DNA of 64,000 nt. Origin: Flavobacteriales bacterium (GTDB lineage Bacteria; Bacteroidota; Bacteroidia; NS11-12g; UBA955). Both the position numbers and the translations under genes were made by a program. The notes below the pieces were generated by a model. The model did no database searches. It saw only the letters and a list, made by a program, of their open reading frames with translations, and was not told the origin of the DNA. The stretch's first letter is position 1. Each line of letters starts with the position of its first letter. The DNA lies in contig CANKVM010000001.1 of NCBI GenBank assembly GCA_947487175.1, positions 998-64,997 of the forward strand. Direction: 5' to 3'. Of this stretch, positions 10,021-19,287 are shown one piece after another.

Positions 10021-11289
10021 ATGAATCATATGAAAAATACTAGTTCAAAACTGACCATTTACATCCTTGTTGCCATGATTATTGGCACATTGGTAGGACA
10101 ATTAATGTATGTGAATCTTCCCAAGGAAGTAAATGCAGAATACGCGTTGTATTTCAAACAACTTACCAATATTTTCTTGCGTTTGGTTCAAATGATTATT
10201 GCGCCTTTGGTTGTTACAACATTAATCGTTGGAATTGCCAAAATGGGAAACCTACAAGCCATTGGTCGTGTTGGGGGTAAAAGTATGCTGTGGTTTTTAA
10301 CGGCATCGTTGGTTTCCTTGTTATTGGGATTGGTATTGGTAAATTATTTTGAACCAGGAAAATCATTAAATTTAAGCGAGTTAACAGCGAATACGAGTGC
10401 AAGCGAAGAAATTGTAAAAAAGACGGAGAGTTTTTCGCTCACCCATTTTATTGAACATGTTTTTCCAAAAAGCATTTTTCAAGCTATGGCAGAAAATGAA
10501 ATCCTACAAATTGTGGTATTTTCTATATTTTTTGGAATTGCGTTGGCATCTTTAGGTAAATCTGCCGAAAGTTTAATTGGTGTTTTCGATAAAATTTCTA
10601 AAGTGATTCTCAAAATGGTAAATTATGTAATGAATTTTGCTCCTTTTGGTGTTTTTGGGGGAATTACGGCCATTATTTGTACCAAAGGACTTGGAATATT
10701 AATCGTTTACGGAAAATATATGCTTTCGTTTTATGCGGGGATTGGATTATTGTGGTTGGTGCTTTTAACCGTAGGATTTATCATTTTAAAGCGACGTTTA
10801 TTTTCTTTACTAAATAGAATCAAAAACCCAATGTTGGTTGCATTTTCAACCACCAGTTCTGAAGCAGTTTTCCCAAAACTAACTGAAGAGTTAGAAAATT
10901 TTGGATGTAAAAAAAACATAGTGAGTTTCATTTTGCCTCTAGGATATTCTTTTAACCTCGATGGAAGTATGATGTATATGACTTTTGCCAGTATTTTTAT
11001 TGCCCAAGCATACAACATACCCCTTGATTTAGGCACCCAATTAACCATGTTATTGGTTTTGATGCTTACCAGCAAAGGAATTGCAGGTGTTCCAAGGGCC
11101 TCATTGGTTGTTGTAGCTGCAACATGTTCGATGTTTCATATTCCAGTTGAAGGAATTGCATTAATCCTTCCAATTGACCACTTTTGCGACATGGGTCGTT
11201 CTATGACCAATGTACTTGGAAATGCTTTGGCAACAAGTGCAGTGAGTAAATGGGAAGGTGAATTAGAAGAAGAGAATTTAGAAAATTAA
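10021..11289 (+). CDS. dicarboxylate/amino acid:cation symporter (DAACS family, GltP/DctA-like)
   Basis: 422 aa, 8+ TM helices, conserved DAACS motifs in C-terminal half (FIAQAYN..., GIAGVPRASLVVVAA). Confidence 0.8.
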   Translation: MNHMKNTSSKLTIYILVAMIIGTLVGQLMYVNLPKEVNAEYALYFKQLTNIFLRLVQMIIAPLVVTTLIVGIAKMGNLQAIGRVGGKSMLWFLTASLVSLLLGLVLVNYFEPGKSLNLSELTANTSASEEIVKKTESFSLTHFIEHVFPKSIFQAMAENEILQIVVFSIFFGIALASLGKSAESLIGVFDKISKVILKMVNYVMNFAPFGVFGGITAIICTKGLGILIVYGKYMLSFYAGIGLLWLVLLTVGFIILKRRLFSLLNRIKNPMLVAFSTTSSEAVFPKLTEELENFGCKKNIVSFILPLGYSFNLDGSMMYMTFASIFIAQAYNIPLDLGTQLTMLLVLMLTSKGIAGVPRASLVVVAATCSMFHIPVEGIALILPIDHFCDMGRSMTNVLGNALATSAVSKWEGELEEENLEN

Positions 11290-11291
11290 AA

Positions 11292-11633
11292 ATGACCGAT
11301 CAGGAAGCACATTTGGTTTTTCAAGAACCAGAATTAAAGGTAATTCAAGAAGTGATTTCACAAATTGAAAAAGATTTTGGTATGGCGGGATTTGAATTTT
11401 CAAATGCGCCTTATTTGAAACTTGAAACACTCATTCCTGAATTAGAGTTAATCATTACACATCTTCAACAAGAAAATCATTCAAAATGGATGAAAATTGT
11501 TTACCGTGTAGATTTAACCGAAAAACAATACAAATTCGTACAGAATTTAGGTGGAAGTACCCCGTTAAATATGGCAAAAGCGGTTGTTTTGAGGGAATTT
11601 CAAAAAGTCAAAAACAGACTTATTTATAGCTAA
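11292..11633 (+). CDS. hypothetical protein (113 aa)
   Basis: ATG start 2 nt after symporter stop; no motifs recognised. Confidence 0.45.
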   Translation: MTDQEAHLVFQEPELKVIQEVISQIEKDFGMAGFEFSNAPYLKLETLIPELELIITHLQQENHSKWMKIVYRVDLTEKQYKFVQNLGGSTPLNMAKAVVLREFQKVKNRLIYS

Positions 11634-11736
11634 TTTTACAGTTTTTGCAAATAATTAAGCCATTATTTTTTATTTATATTGTAATTCGCCTTCAAAAACT
11701 TGGTATTTTATCGGCATTTACTGAAATTTGCCCAAT

Positions 11737-12288
11737 ATGGAATTAAAAGACGTTGTTTCTGTAACTGGAATGCCTGGGTTGCACAAAGTAGTTGGACAAA
11801 ATAAATCAGGGTTAATATTAGAATCACTTACCGATAATAAAAAATTTGGAACCAATGCACGTCAACGCGTGAGTGTGTTGGCTGATATTTCAATCTTCAC
11901 TGAAGAAGGCGAAGTTCGTCTTGCTGAAGCATTGAAAACAATTAAAAAACTTGAAGATGAAGGAGCAATAATTCCAACGTCTAAATCTGATGCCGATGAA
12001 GTTCGTGCTTCAATGACAAAAGTATTGCCAAATTACGATCGCGAAAAAGTATATCCTTCCGATATGAAAAAACTTTTCGTTTGGTATAACATGTTAAAAG
12101 GATCTTTGGATTTTGATTCATTAGATAATGTTGAAGAAACTGAAGAAGCTGGATCTGAAAACAAAGAAATAAAAGCCAAATCAACCGACAAACCAAAAAT
12201 TATTGCTACGCCAAAAACAAAAACTCCTACAAAAACATCTTCTGGAGTGAAAGTAAAAGCGACTACTCCTCGTAAAATGGGTAGCTAA
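11737..12288 (+). CDS. conserved Bacteroidota hypothetical protein (DUF5606-like) with C-terminal Lys/Pro/Thr-rich histone-H1-like tail. ATG at 11737; the track ORF begins at an upstream TTG at 11728
   Basis: N-terminal MELKDVVSVTGMPGLHKVV... pattern; C-terminal KAKSTDKPKIIATPKTKTPTKTSSGVKVKATTPRK low-complexity basic tail. Confidence 0.55.
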   Translation: MELKDVVSVTGMPGLHKVVGQNKSGLILESLTDNKKFGTNARQRVSVLADISIFTEEGEVRLAEALKTIKKLEDEGAIIPTSKSDADEVRASMTKVLPNYDREKVYPSDMKKLFVWYNMLKGSLDFDSLDNVEETEEAGSENKEIKAKSTDKPKIIATPKTKTPTKTSSGVKVKATTPRKMGS

Positions 12289-12304
12289 TTCCTGCCATTT
12301 TTTT

Positions 12305-13999
12305 ATGTCGCAATTCATTCCCGAAAACTTCAGCATCCAAAAACCTGAGGATGTTGAAACCTTATTTCAATTATTATTAGATCGCCCTATTCATTCAGTA
12401 GTTGATTTTGATCAATTCTTGATGGATGTAAGCGATTTAGAGAGTTTTTTGTCAGAGGATATGGCTTGGCGCTATATCAATATGACTTGCGATACACAAA
12501 ATGAGGAACATGAAAATGCTTATTTACAATTTGTGCAAGAAATCCAACCAAAACTTGCTCCTTTTGAAGATAAACTAAACAATAAAATAATTGATTGTCC
12601 TTTCAAATCAGAAAAAGAAAGCGATCAAGCCTATTTCATCTATTTTAGGTCGTTGCAAAGTGCAATTGACTTATTCAGAGAAGAAAATATCCCTCTTCAA
12701 GCTGAATTAAACACCCTGGCGCAAGAATATTCTGCAATTCAAGGAGCAATGACAATTCAATGGGATGAAGAAACCATTACCATGCAAAAAGCTTCCAATT
12801 TGTTGATGGAAACAGATAGGGAATTGAGAGAAAAAGCATGGAAACTAATGAATGAACGCCGTCAATTAGATTCCCAAAAACTTGAGGATTTATTTGATAA
12901 AATGGTTGCCAAAAGACACCAAGTTGCGGTAAATGCAGGTTTTGCAAATTTCCGTGATTACATGTTTGCTTCTTTAGGTAGGTTTGATTACACCACTGAA
13001 GATTGTAAGAAATTCCACCAATCTGTTGAAGAGCATGTGGTGCCGCTGTTGAAAGCAATTCAAAACCGCAGGATTGAATTAATGAATATTGATTCATTAA
13101 AACCTTGGGATACTGCAGTTGATCCTTTGAATAGAGAACCATTAAAACCTTTCAATAATGGTGTTGATCTTCTTGACAAAGGAATAGACGCACTAAATGA
13201 ATTGGATCCATTTTTTAGTCAATGCTTAACAACAATGAAAGAAAAATCATTGTTAGATTTAGACAGCAGACTAGGAAAAGCACCTGGTGGCTACAACTAT
13301 CCGTTAGCAAAAACCAATATGCCTTTCATATTTATGAATGCTACAGGTAATTTGAGGGATGTTGAAACCTTGGTACACGAAGCAGGTCACGCGATTCACA
13401 GTTTCCAAATGGCCCCATTAAAGTTGAATGCGTTCAAAAATACACCGAGTGAGGTTGCTGAATTGGCTTCAATGAGTATGGAATTGTTGAGTATGGATGC
13501 TTGGAGTCATTACTTGGAAAATCCAGAATTATTAAATCGTGCGAAATGTGAACAATTAGAAGGAATACTAGGCACTTTGCCTTGGATTGCAACTGTTGAC
13601 GCATTTCAACATTGGATATACGAAAACCCAAATCATACCCAAGATCAAAGAAAAGCACAATGGATCATTGAGCAGTCGCGTTTTTCAAGCGGATTGGTTG
13701 ATTATTCAAATTACCCAGATGCACGTTCTTATTCTTGGCACAAACAGCTTCATATTTTTGAAGTGCCATTCTATTATATAGAATATGGATTTGCTCAGTT
13801 AGGAGCAATTGGTGTTTGGAAAAACTTTAACGAAAACAAAATCGAAGCACTTGAAAAATATAAATCATTTATGAAATTGGGTTATACAAAACCCATTCAT
13901 GAAATTTATGAAGAAGCTGGTGTTAAATTTGAGTTTTCATCAGCATATATCAAAGAATTAATGGATTTTGTGCACAATCAATGGGCACAATACAATTAA
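12305..13999 (+). CDS. pepF: M3 family oligoendopeptidase (PepF-like)
   Basis: HEAGHAIH zinc-binding HExxH motif at correct position; 564 aa typical of oligoendopeptidase F. Confidence 0.8.
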   Translation: MSQFIPENFSIQKPEDVETLFQLLLDRPIHSVVDFDQFLMDVSDLESFLSEDMAWRYINMTCDTQNEEHENAYLQFVQEIQPKLAPFEDKLNNKIIDCPFKSEKESDQAYFIYFRSLQSAIDLFREENIPLQAELNTLAQEYSAIQGAMTIQWDEETITMQKASNLLMETDRELREKAWKLMNERRQLDSQKLEDLFDKMVAKRHQVAVNAGFANFRDYMFASLGRFDYTTEDCKKFHQSVEEHVVPLLKAIQNRRIELMNIDSLKPWDTAVDPLNREPLKPFNNGVDLLDKGIDALNELDPFFSQCLTTMKEKSLLDLDSRLGKAPGGYNYPLAKTNMPFIFMNATGNLRDVETLVHEAGHAIHSFQMAPLKLNAFKNTPSEVAELASMSMELLSMDAWSHYLENPELLNRAKCEQLEGILGTLPWIATVDAFQHWIYENPNHTQDQRKAQWIIEQSRFSSGLVDYSNYPDARSYSWHKQLHIFEVPFYYIEYGFAQLGAIGVWKNFNENKIEALEKYKSFMKLGYTKPIHEIYEEAGVKFEFSSAYIKELMDFVHNQWAQYN

Positions 14000-15117
14000 A
14001 TAACAACCTTACAAAACTATTAGGTATTAGTTTAATCACTTTTGCCGTTTTCCTTTATTTTGGGGACTTTATTTCCATTGCTGGCAATTGCTGGGGTGGA
14101 TTTGGAGCAGATTGCTGGAGCCGCTGGGATAGCGCTTTATATATCGATGTTGCTCAAAACGGACATAACTTAGTTCATTGCACAGATTATCCAAATGATT
14201 GGTGCGGCAATGCTGGATGGGCGCCACTATATCCACTTACAATCAGGTTAATTCACTTTATAATCCCTCAATTTGAATGGCTCACCTTGGGATTGTATTT
14301 GAGCCATTTCTTTGTTTTGAGTAGTCTAATATTCATTGCATTTATGTTTCCAAATGCAAAATGGCATATTCATTTATTTACATGCCTAATTTATGTTTTT
14401 GCACCGGGAAATATATACTTACACGCCATTTTCCCGCTATCAATGCTGGTTTTTTTGTTGCTTTTGTGTTTCTATTTTTTGCAAAAATCGCAATTTATAA
14501 CTTCAGGAATATTTGCATTTTTCGCGGTACTCACATATAGCATTGGCTTTGTTTTGATTTTAGCTATAGTTACTTGGTTTATTCACGATTTTTTCGCGAA
14601 CGAAAAAATGAAACTCAATTGGAAGAAATTTAGCTTGTTACTTTTTCCAATTGTCGGAATTCTCACATGGTTTATTTACGACTATCTAAAAACCGGTCAT
14701 TGGAATGCCTTGTTTCTCATACAAGCCAAATACGGACACAGTTTCAATACACCTTGGAAATATATGTCGGTTAGATTTACAGACATGATTCAGAATTGGC
14801 ACAAACGCGACAAATGGATAGAAATCCAAAATTTCGCATTATGGATTGTTGTACTTTATTCGTGTTTTGAATTTTGGAAACTCAGAAATCAAAATAAGAA
14901 CTGGTTGTTTTTCTTAAGTTTTACCTTTTTGTTTTTAGCAGTGCCTTACAGCACAAGTCCCATTACCGCGATTTATAGAAATGCAGTTGTTTTAATTCCC
15001 TCTTGGGTTTTATTAACACAAACTATCAGTTATAAGAAAACCATCGTTGCATTGGCCGCATTTGTCGTTTTTGCTTATCCACTTGGAATTTTATTCATTC
15101 AAAGTGTGTTAAAATAA
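13981..15117 (+). CDS. polytopic membrane protein, putative GT-C-type glycosyltransferase (PIG-V/DUF2029-like motif WDS..Y..IA..G); overlaps pepF 3' end by 19 nt
   Basis: About 10 predicted TM helices; first loop motif CWSRWDSALYIDVAQNGH resembles the conserved WD[SA]xxFxxIAxxGY loop of PIG-V/GT-C mannosyltransferases. Confidence 0.45.
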   Translation: MGTIQLNNNLTKLLGISLITFAVFLYFGDFISIAGNCWGGFGADCWSRWDSALYIDVAQNGHNLVHCTDYPNDWCGNAGWAPLYPLTIRLIHFIIPQFEWLTLGLYLSHFFVLSSLIFIAFMFPNAKWHIHLFTCLIYVFAPGNIYLHAIFPLSMLVFLLLLCFYFLQKSQFITSGIFAFFAVLTYSIGFVLILAIVTWFIHDFFANEKMKLNWKKFSLLLFPIVGILTWFIYDYLKTGHWNALFLIQAKYGHSFNTPWKYMSVRFTDMIQNWHKRDKWIEIQNFALWIVVLYSCFEFWKLRNQNKNWLFFLSFTFLFLAVPYSTSPITAIYRNAVVLIPSWVLLTQTISYKKTIVALAAFVVFAYPLGILFIQSVLK

Positions 15118-15123
15118 AAAAGG

Positions 15124-15155
15124 GATAAGTTTCCTTATCCCTCAAAAATATTTTT
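15124..15155. terminator. putative bidirectional rho-independent terminator between convergent membrane-protein gene (+) and hppD (-)
   Basis: Perfect 9-bp stem AGGGATAAG/CTTATCCCT with TTTC loop (15121-15142), A-run upstream and T-rich tract downstream. Confidence 0.55.
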
Positions 15156-15164
15156 CAAAAAAGA

Positions 15165-16289
15165 TTAGAGATTTCCTCTAACTTCTTGTTCTCTTTCGAT
15201 AGATTCAAATAACGCTTTAAAGTTTCCTTTACCAAAGCTCTTTGCCCCGTGACGTTGAATAATTTCATAGAATACGGTTGGTCTATCTTCTACCGGCTTG
15301 GTGAAAATTTGCAACAAATATCCCTCTTCATCTCTGTCAATTAAAATATTCAAAGCCTGTAATGCTTTTATATCTTCATTGATGTGTCCAACACGATCCA
15401 AAACATCTTCATAGTAAGTATCTGGAACATATAAAAACTCGATACCTCTTCTTCTAAGTTCAGAAACAGTTTCTAAAATATCGTGCGATTCAACTGCAAT
15501 GTGCTGAACGCCAGATCCTTTATAAAACTCAATATACTCTTCAATTTGAGATTTCTTTTTACCTGCTGCCGGTTCGTTAATTGGAAATTTAACATAACCA
15601 TTGCCATTGCTTACAACTTTACTCATCAAAGCGCTATATTCTGTGCTAATGTCTTTGTCGTCAAAGGTCAATAACAATTTGAAACCCATTACATCTTCAT
15701 AAAACTTCACCCAATTGTTCATTTGGCCAAGTTCAACATTACCAACGCAGTGGTCAACATATTTCAATCCAACAGGAGTTACATCCATTGCATAAGCTGG
15801 CTTAGCAAATCCTGGTAAAAACAATCCATTATAGTTACTACGCTCCACAAATTTGTGAATGGTATCGCCATAAGTGTGAATTGCAGAGATAACTACATAG
15901 CCGTTTTCATCTTCAAAACGGGTAGGTTCCATATACGGTTTTGCACCGCGCTTAACAGTTTCTTCAAAACTCTTGGTTGCATCATCAACCCATAAACTTA
16001 AAAACCTAACACCATCACCATGTAAAATATGATGTTTTGCAATTTCAGATTCTGGATTAATTGCAGTGGTTAATACCAAACGTATTTTACCTTGTTCAAG
16101 TACATAACTTGCTCTATCTCTAACGCCAGTTTCTGGACCACTATAGGCCACGAATTTATATCCCCAAGCAGATTGATAGTAGTATGCACTTTGTTTTGCA
16201 TTTCCTACATAAAACTCAATATGATCGGTACCCTTTAATGGCAAAAAATCGGTTGTGGTAGTTGTGGTTTCTAAAGTTTCCAATTCCAT
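15165..16289 (-). CDS. hppD: 4-hydroxyphenylpyruvate dioxygenase
   Basis: 374 aa, two VOC/glyoxalase-like modules, conserved HPPD C-terminal pattern (..FYEIIQR.G...FG.GNF.AL). Confidence 0.8.
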   Translation of the reverse strand: MELETLETTTTTTDFLPLKGTDHIEFYVGNAKQSAYYYQSAWGYKFVAYSGPETGVRDRASYVLEQGKIRLVLTTAINPESEIAKHHILHGDGVRFLSLWVDDATKSFEETVKRGAKPYMEPTRFEDENGYVVISAIHTYGDTIHKFVERSNYNGLFLPGFAKPAYAMDVTPVGLKYVDHCVGNVELGQMNNWVKFYEDVMGFKLLLTFDDKDISTEYSALMSKVVSNGNGYVKFPINEPAAGKKKSQIEEYIEFYKGSGVQHIAVESHDILETVSELRRRGIEFLYVPDTYYEDVLDRVGHINEDIKALQALNILIDRDEEGYLLQIFTKPVEDRPTVFYEIIQRHGAKSFGKGNFKALFESIEREQEVRGNL

Positions 16290-16331
16290 TCTTCAAAGTT
16301 AATTATTTTTTTGATTAGTATGAATCAATTA

Positions 16332-18788
16332 TTAATTAGGGTCTACATCAAAATCAACACGAATTCCTGAGAATCCACTGGCTTGCTGCAACTGATTTTG
16401 TGCCCATAATAAATATTCTTTAATTTTAGGGATATTGTCTTTTCCTCTTTCCATTTTCAACAAAAATTGCTGCAAATACAAATTCTTAACTTTTGAAACA
16501 GAAGGAGTTAATGGCCCTAATAACCGATCTCCCAACCTACCCCTAATCAGATTATTATAATAAGCAGCTGCAGAAAAAACGGTTTGTTGGTCTTTGTGTT
16601 TTATTTGAATTTCAATGAGCCGGCTAAAGGGCGGGTAATTAAATGTTTTGCGTTCAACCAATTCACTTTCGGCCAATTCTAAATAGGCTTCTTGTTTTAC
16701 GGCATTTAATACCAAATGATTGGGCTGATAACTTTGTATCATCACTAAGCCTTGATTTTTGCCTCTTCCTGCCCTACCCGACAACTGATATAACTGCTGA
16801 AAAGCCCTTTCATGCGATCTGAAATCAGGCACATTCAATAAAATATCTGAATCCGGAACAACAATTAATGCTACATCTTCGAAGTCAATACCCTTCGCTA
16901 ATAATTGCGTACCAACCAAAATATCAATTTCTCCCGACTCAAAAGCATTTAATATTTTTTGGAAATCGTTGCGTTTTTTGATGCTCTGTTGATCAAAACG
17001 GCCAATTTTTATTTCAGGGAAAATAATATTTAACTCTTCTACAATTTTCTCTGTTCCTACACCTTTCAATAAAAGTTCGTTTCCATTGCAGGCAGGACAA
17101 ACTTTAGGCACTTGCTGCTGATATCCACAGTAACTGCAGCGCTGTTGATTGGAACTTTTATAAAAGGTTAAAGCAATATCGCATTGAACACATTGTGTTG
17201 TATGTCCACACAAAGAACATTGAATAAAAGGGGCATATCCCTTTCTATTGTGGTAAACAATAATTTTCTGTTTCCTTTTGAGTTTCTCTGTGATTTCTGA
17301 AATTGCATGATCAGAGAAAAACCCATTCATTCTATTTTGCTTTTTCAGTTCACTTAAATTGAGTGTCATTAATTCGGCAAATTGCTGTTGCTCATAGCGT
17401 TGATTCAATAATACATATTGAATGCCATTATCTCTAGATAACTGCAGCATTTCATAGCTAGGCGTAGCCGAACCCATTATGATATTGGCACCGGTAATTC
17501 TCGAAAGTTGAAAAGCTGCATCTCGGGCATGAAACATTGGTCGTTTTTCAAATTGCTTGAAACTACTTTCGTGTTCCTCATCAATAATGATACAATCCAG
17601 TTCCGCAAATGGAGCAAAAATTGCATTTCGCGTACCAATCACAAAATTAATTTCCCTCAATCTTACTTTTTCGTAGAGTTCTGTTCTTTCGGAGGTGCTG
17701 TAATAATGGTGCCACACTCCTATTTCGTCTGGGATAATTTGGGCAACCCGAGTAACCAAATGCTCGGTAAGCGCCACTTCAGGCACCAGAAACAAAACTT
17801 GCTTTCCTTTTTTGAGGGACTCAATAGCGAAGTGCAAATAAATCAATGTTTTACCAGAGCCGGTAACACCGTGCAAAAGCACATGTTTATTTTGATCAAA
17901 CGCAAGCTGTATCTCTCCAATCGAAGCTAATTGATTTGATGTAAAATCTACTTTTTCGCCTTCCCCTTGAACGGCATGAAACCGGTCTTCGCGTTGTTTG
18001 TATATTTTTAATAGCCCTTTCTTTTCAAGCGCTTTCAAAATAGGTTTTCCAACAGTTTTATCTTCGGTTAACCGCTTCACATCCGATTTTCGAGAGGCTG
18101 ATCCTAAAACCTTCATCATGGCTTGAAACTGTTTTTCAGAGCTTTTGGCAAGGTTATTTAAAGCCAAATTGGCTTCAAATTCATTTTCCCATAAATCTGT
18201 ACATTCAACTATTTCAACAAATTTGGGCTTGTAATTTTCCCTCAATTCTTCTTCCATTGAAATCAAACCCTTCATATAGAGTGATTTGATATATTTCAAT
18301 ATTGATTTTAGCTTTAATGAACTTTGAATTTGTTCTACCGCTATACTTTTATTAGTTAAGAGAAGAGATAATATTTCGTTTTCACGAGAATCCAATTCAG
18401 GTATTTCATCGGGATCAAAATCTGGATGCAACGTAACTTTCGTTTGTGATTGAACCCTAAATCCCGCTGGCAATGCAGATGCCAAAATATCACCTAAATA
18501 ACAGAGATAATATTGCGACATCCATTCCCAAAACTGGATTTGTTTTATAGAAACAATGGGATATTCATCTAAGATATCCAAAACATAATTCGCTTGATAT
18601 CCTTCCGGAGGGACTTCCGATAATTCGTAAACAATACCCGAATATATCTTTTTAGAACCAAATGGAACCGCAACCCTTTGTCCTACAAAAACCAAATCAA
18701 CCCATTCTTGAGGCACACGGTAGGTGTACATCTTAGGAAGAGGTATCGGTAAAATAATTTTTACAAAAAGGGTTATTCTTTCCGTCAC
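16332..18788 (-). CDS. priA: primosomal protein N' (replication restart helicase PriA); start codon is GTG
   Basis: Walker A GVTGSGKT, DEAH-like box IIIDEEHE, Cys-rich zinc-binding region (CSLCGH...CVQCD...CSYCGY...CPACNG); conserved PriA N-terminus immediately after the GTG. Confidence 0.9.
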   Translation of the reverse strand: MTERITLFVKIILPIPLPKMYTYRVPQEWVDLVFVGQRVAVPFGSKKIYSGIVYELSEVPPEGYQANYVLDILDEYPIVSIKQIQFWEWMSQYYLCYLGDILASALPAGFRVQSQTKVTLHPDFDPDEIPELDSRENEILSLLLTNKSIAVEQIQSSLKLKSILKYIKSLYMKGLISMEEELRENYKPKFVEIVECTDLWENEFEANLALNNLAKSSEKQFQAMMKVLGSASRKSDVKRLTEDKTVGKPILKALEKKGLLKIYKQREDRFHAVQGEGEKVDFTSNQLASIGEIQLAFDQNKHVLLHGVTGSGKTLIYLHFAIESLKKGKQVLFLVPEVALTEHLVTRVAQIIPDEIGVWHHYYSTSERTELYEKVRLREINFVIGTRNAIFAPFAELDCIIIDEEHESSFKQFEKRPMFHARDAAFQLSRITGANIIMGSATPSYEMLQLSRDNGIQYVLLNQRYEQQQFAELMTLNLSELKKQNRMNGFFSDHAISEITEKLKRKQKIIVYHNRKGYAPFIQCSLCGHTTQCVQCDIALTFYKSSNQQRCSYCGYQQQVPKVCPACNGNELLLKGVGTEKIVEELNIIFPEIKIGRFDQQSIKKRNDFQKILNAFESGEIDILVGTQLLAKGIDFEDVALIVVPDSDILLNVPDFRSHERAFQQLYQLSGRAGRGKNQGLVMIQSYQPNHLVLNAVKQEAYLELAESELVERKTFNYPPFSRLIEIQIKHKDQQTVFSAAAYYNNLIRGRLGDRLLGPLTPSVSKVKNLYLQQFLLKMERGKDNIPKIKEYLLWAQNQLQQASGFSGIRVDFDVDPN

Positions 18789-18802
18789 AATTTAGGTCCT
18801 AT

Positions 18803-19216
18803 TTAATTCCCACCGTGTTGCCAACAATACCCATTTGAAGAAGCCTTCCTAGAACACCTTGATCCCTTTTTTGTTGTGGCCGAACATTGGCCACCTGAAC
18901 TAGTATTAACGCGTTCTGGTGTTGAAACCTTTGGAGTTGTAACCGTATTTTGCTGTTGTATATTACTGTTAGTAGAACTAGTTTTTACTTCAGGATTCAC
19001 ATTGTTTATACCTGATTTCAAGTTCAATAAAATATTGTCGATTCGAAGATTTAAGGCTTTATTGTTTTCTTCTAACATAGAAACTTTAGTTTCCAAAACA
19101 ATAATCTTGGTTTCTAAATTAGCAATTTTAGCATTTAATTCAGCAATTGATTGACCTGAAACATCTTGAAAAAACGCCAATCCAATTAAACAAATGAAAA
19201 ACTTCATTAATCTCAT
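18803..19216 (-). CDS. small secreted coiled-coil protein (137 aa) with Ser/Thr/Pro linker and C-terminal C-x9-C-x9-C-x2-H motif
   Basis: Signal peptide MRLMKFFICLIGLAFFQDVSG; heptad-like region (LNAKIANLETKIIVLETKVSMLEENNKALNLRIDNIL); C-terminus GGQCSATTKKGSRCSRKASSNGYCWQHGGN. Confidence 0.5.
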   Translation of the reverse strand: MRLMKFFICLIGLAFFQDVSGQSIAELNAKIANLETKIIVLETKVSMLEENNKALNLRIDNILLNLKSGINNVNPEVKTSSTNSNIQQQNTVTTPKVSTPERVNTSSGGQCSATTKKGSRCSRKASSNGYCWQHGGN

Positions 19217-19287
19217 CCTTCGAAATTACAATAAAGCAATTAAAAAGGGAATATGGAATTCAAAATAGTGGAGAAGTTCTCAAAATC

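Noticed and set aside
17508-17930. 140-aa plus-strand ORF inside priA
   Set aside because: Antisense to the conserved priA helicase core; no start context or homology
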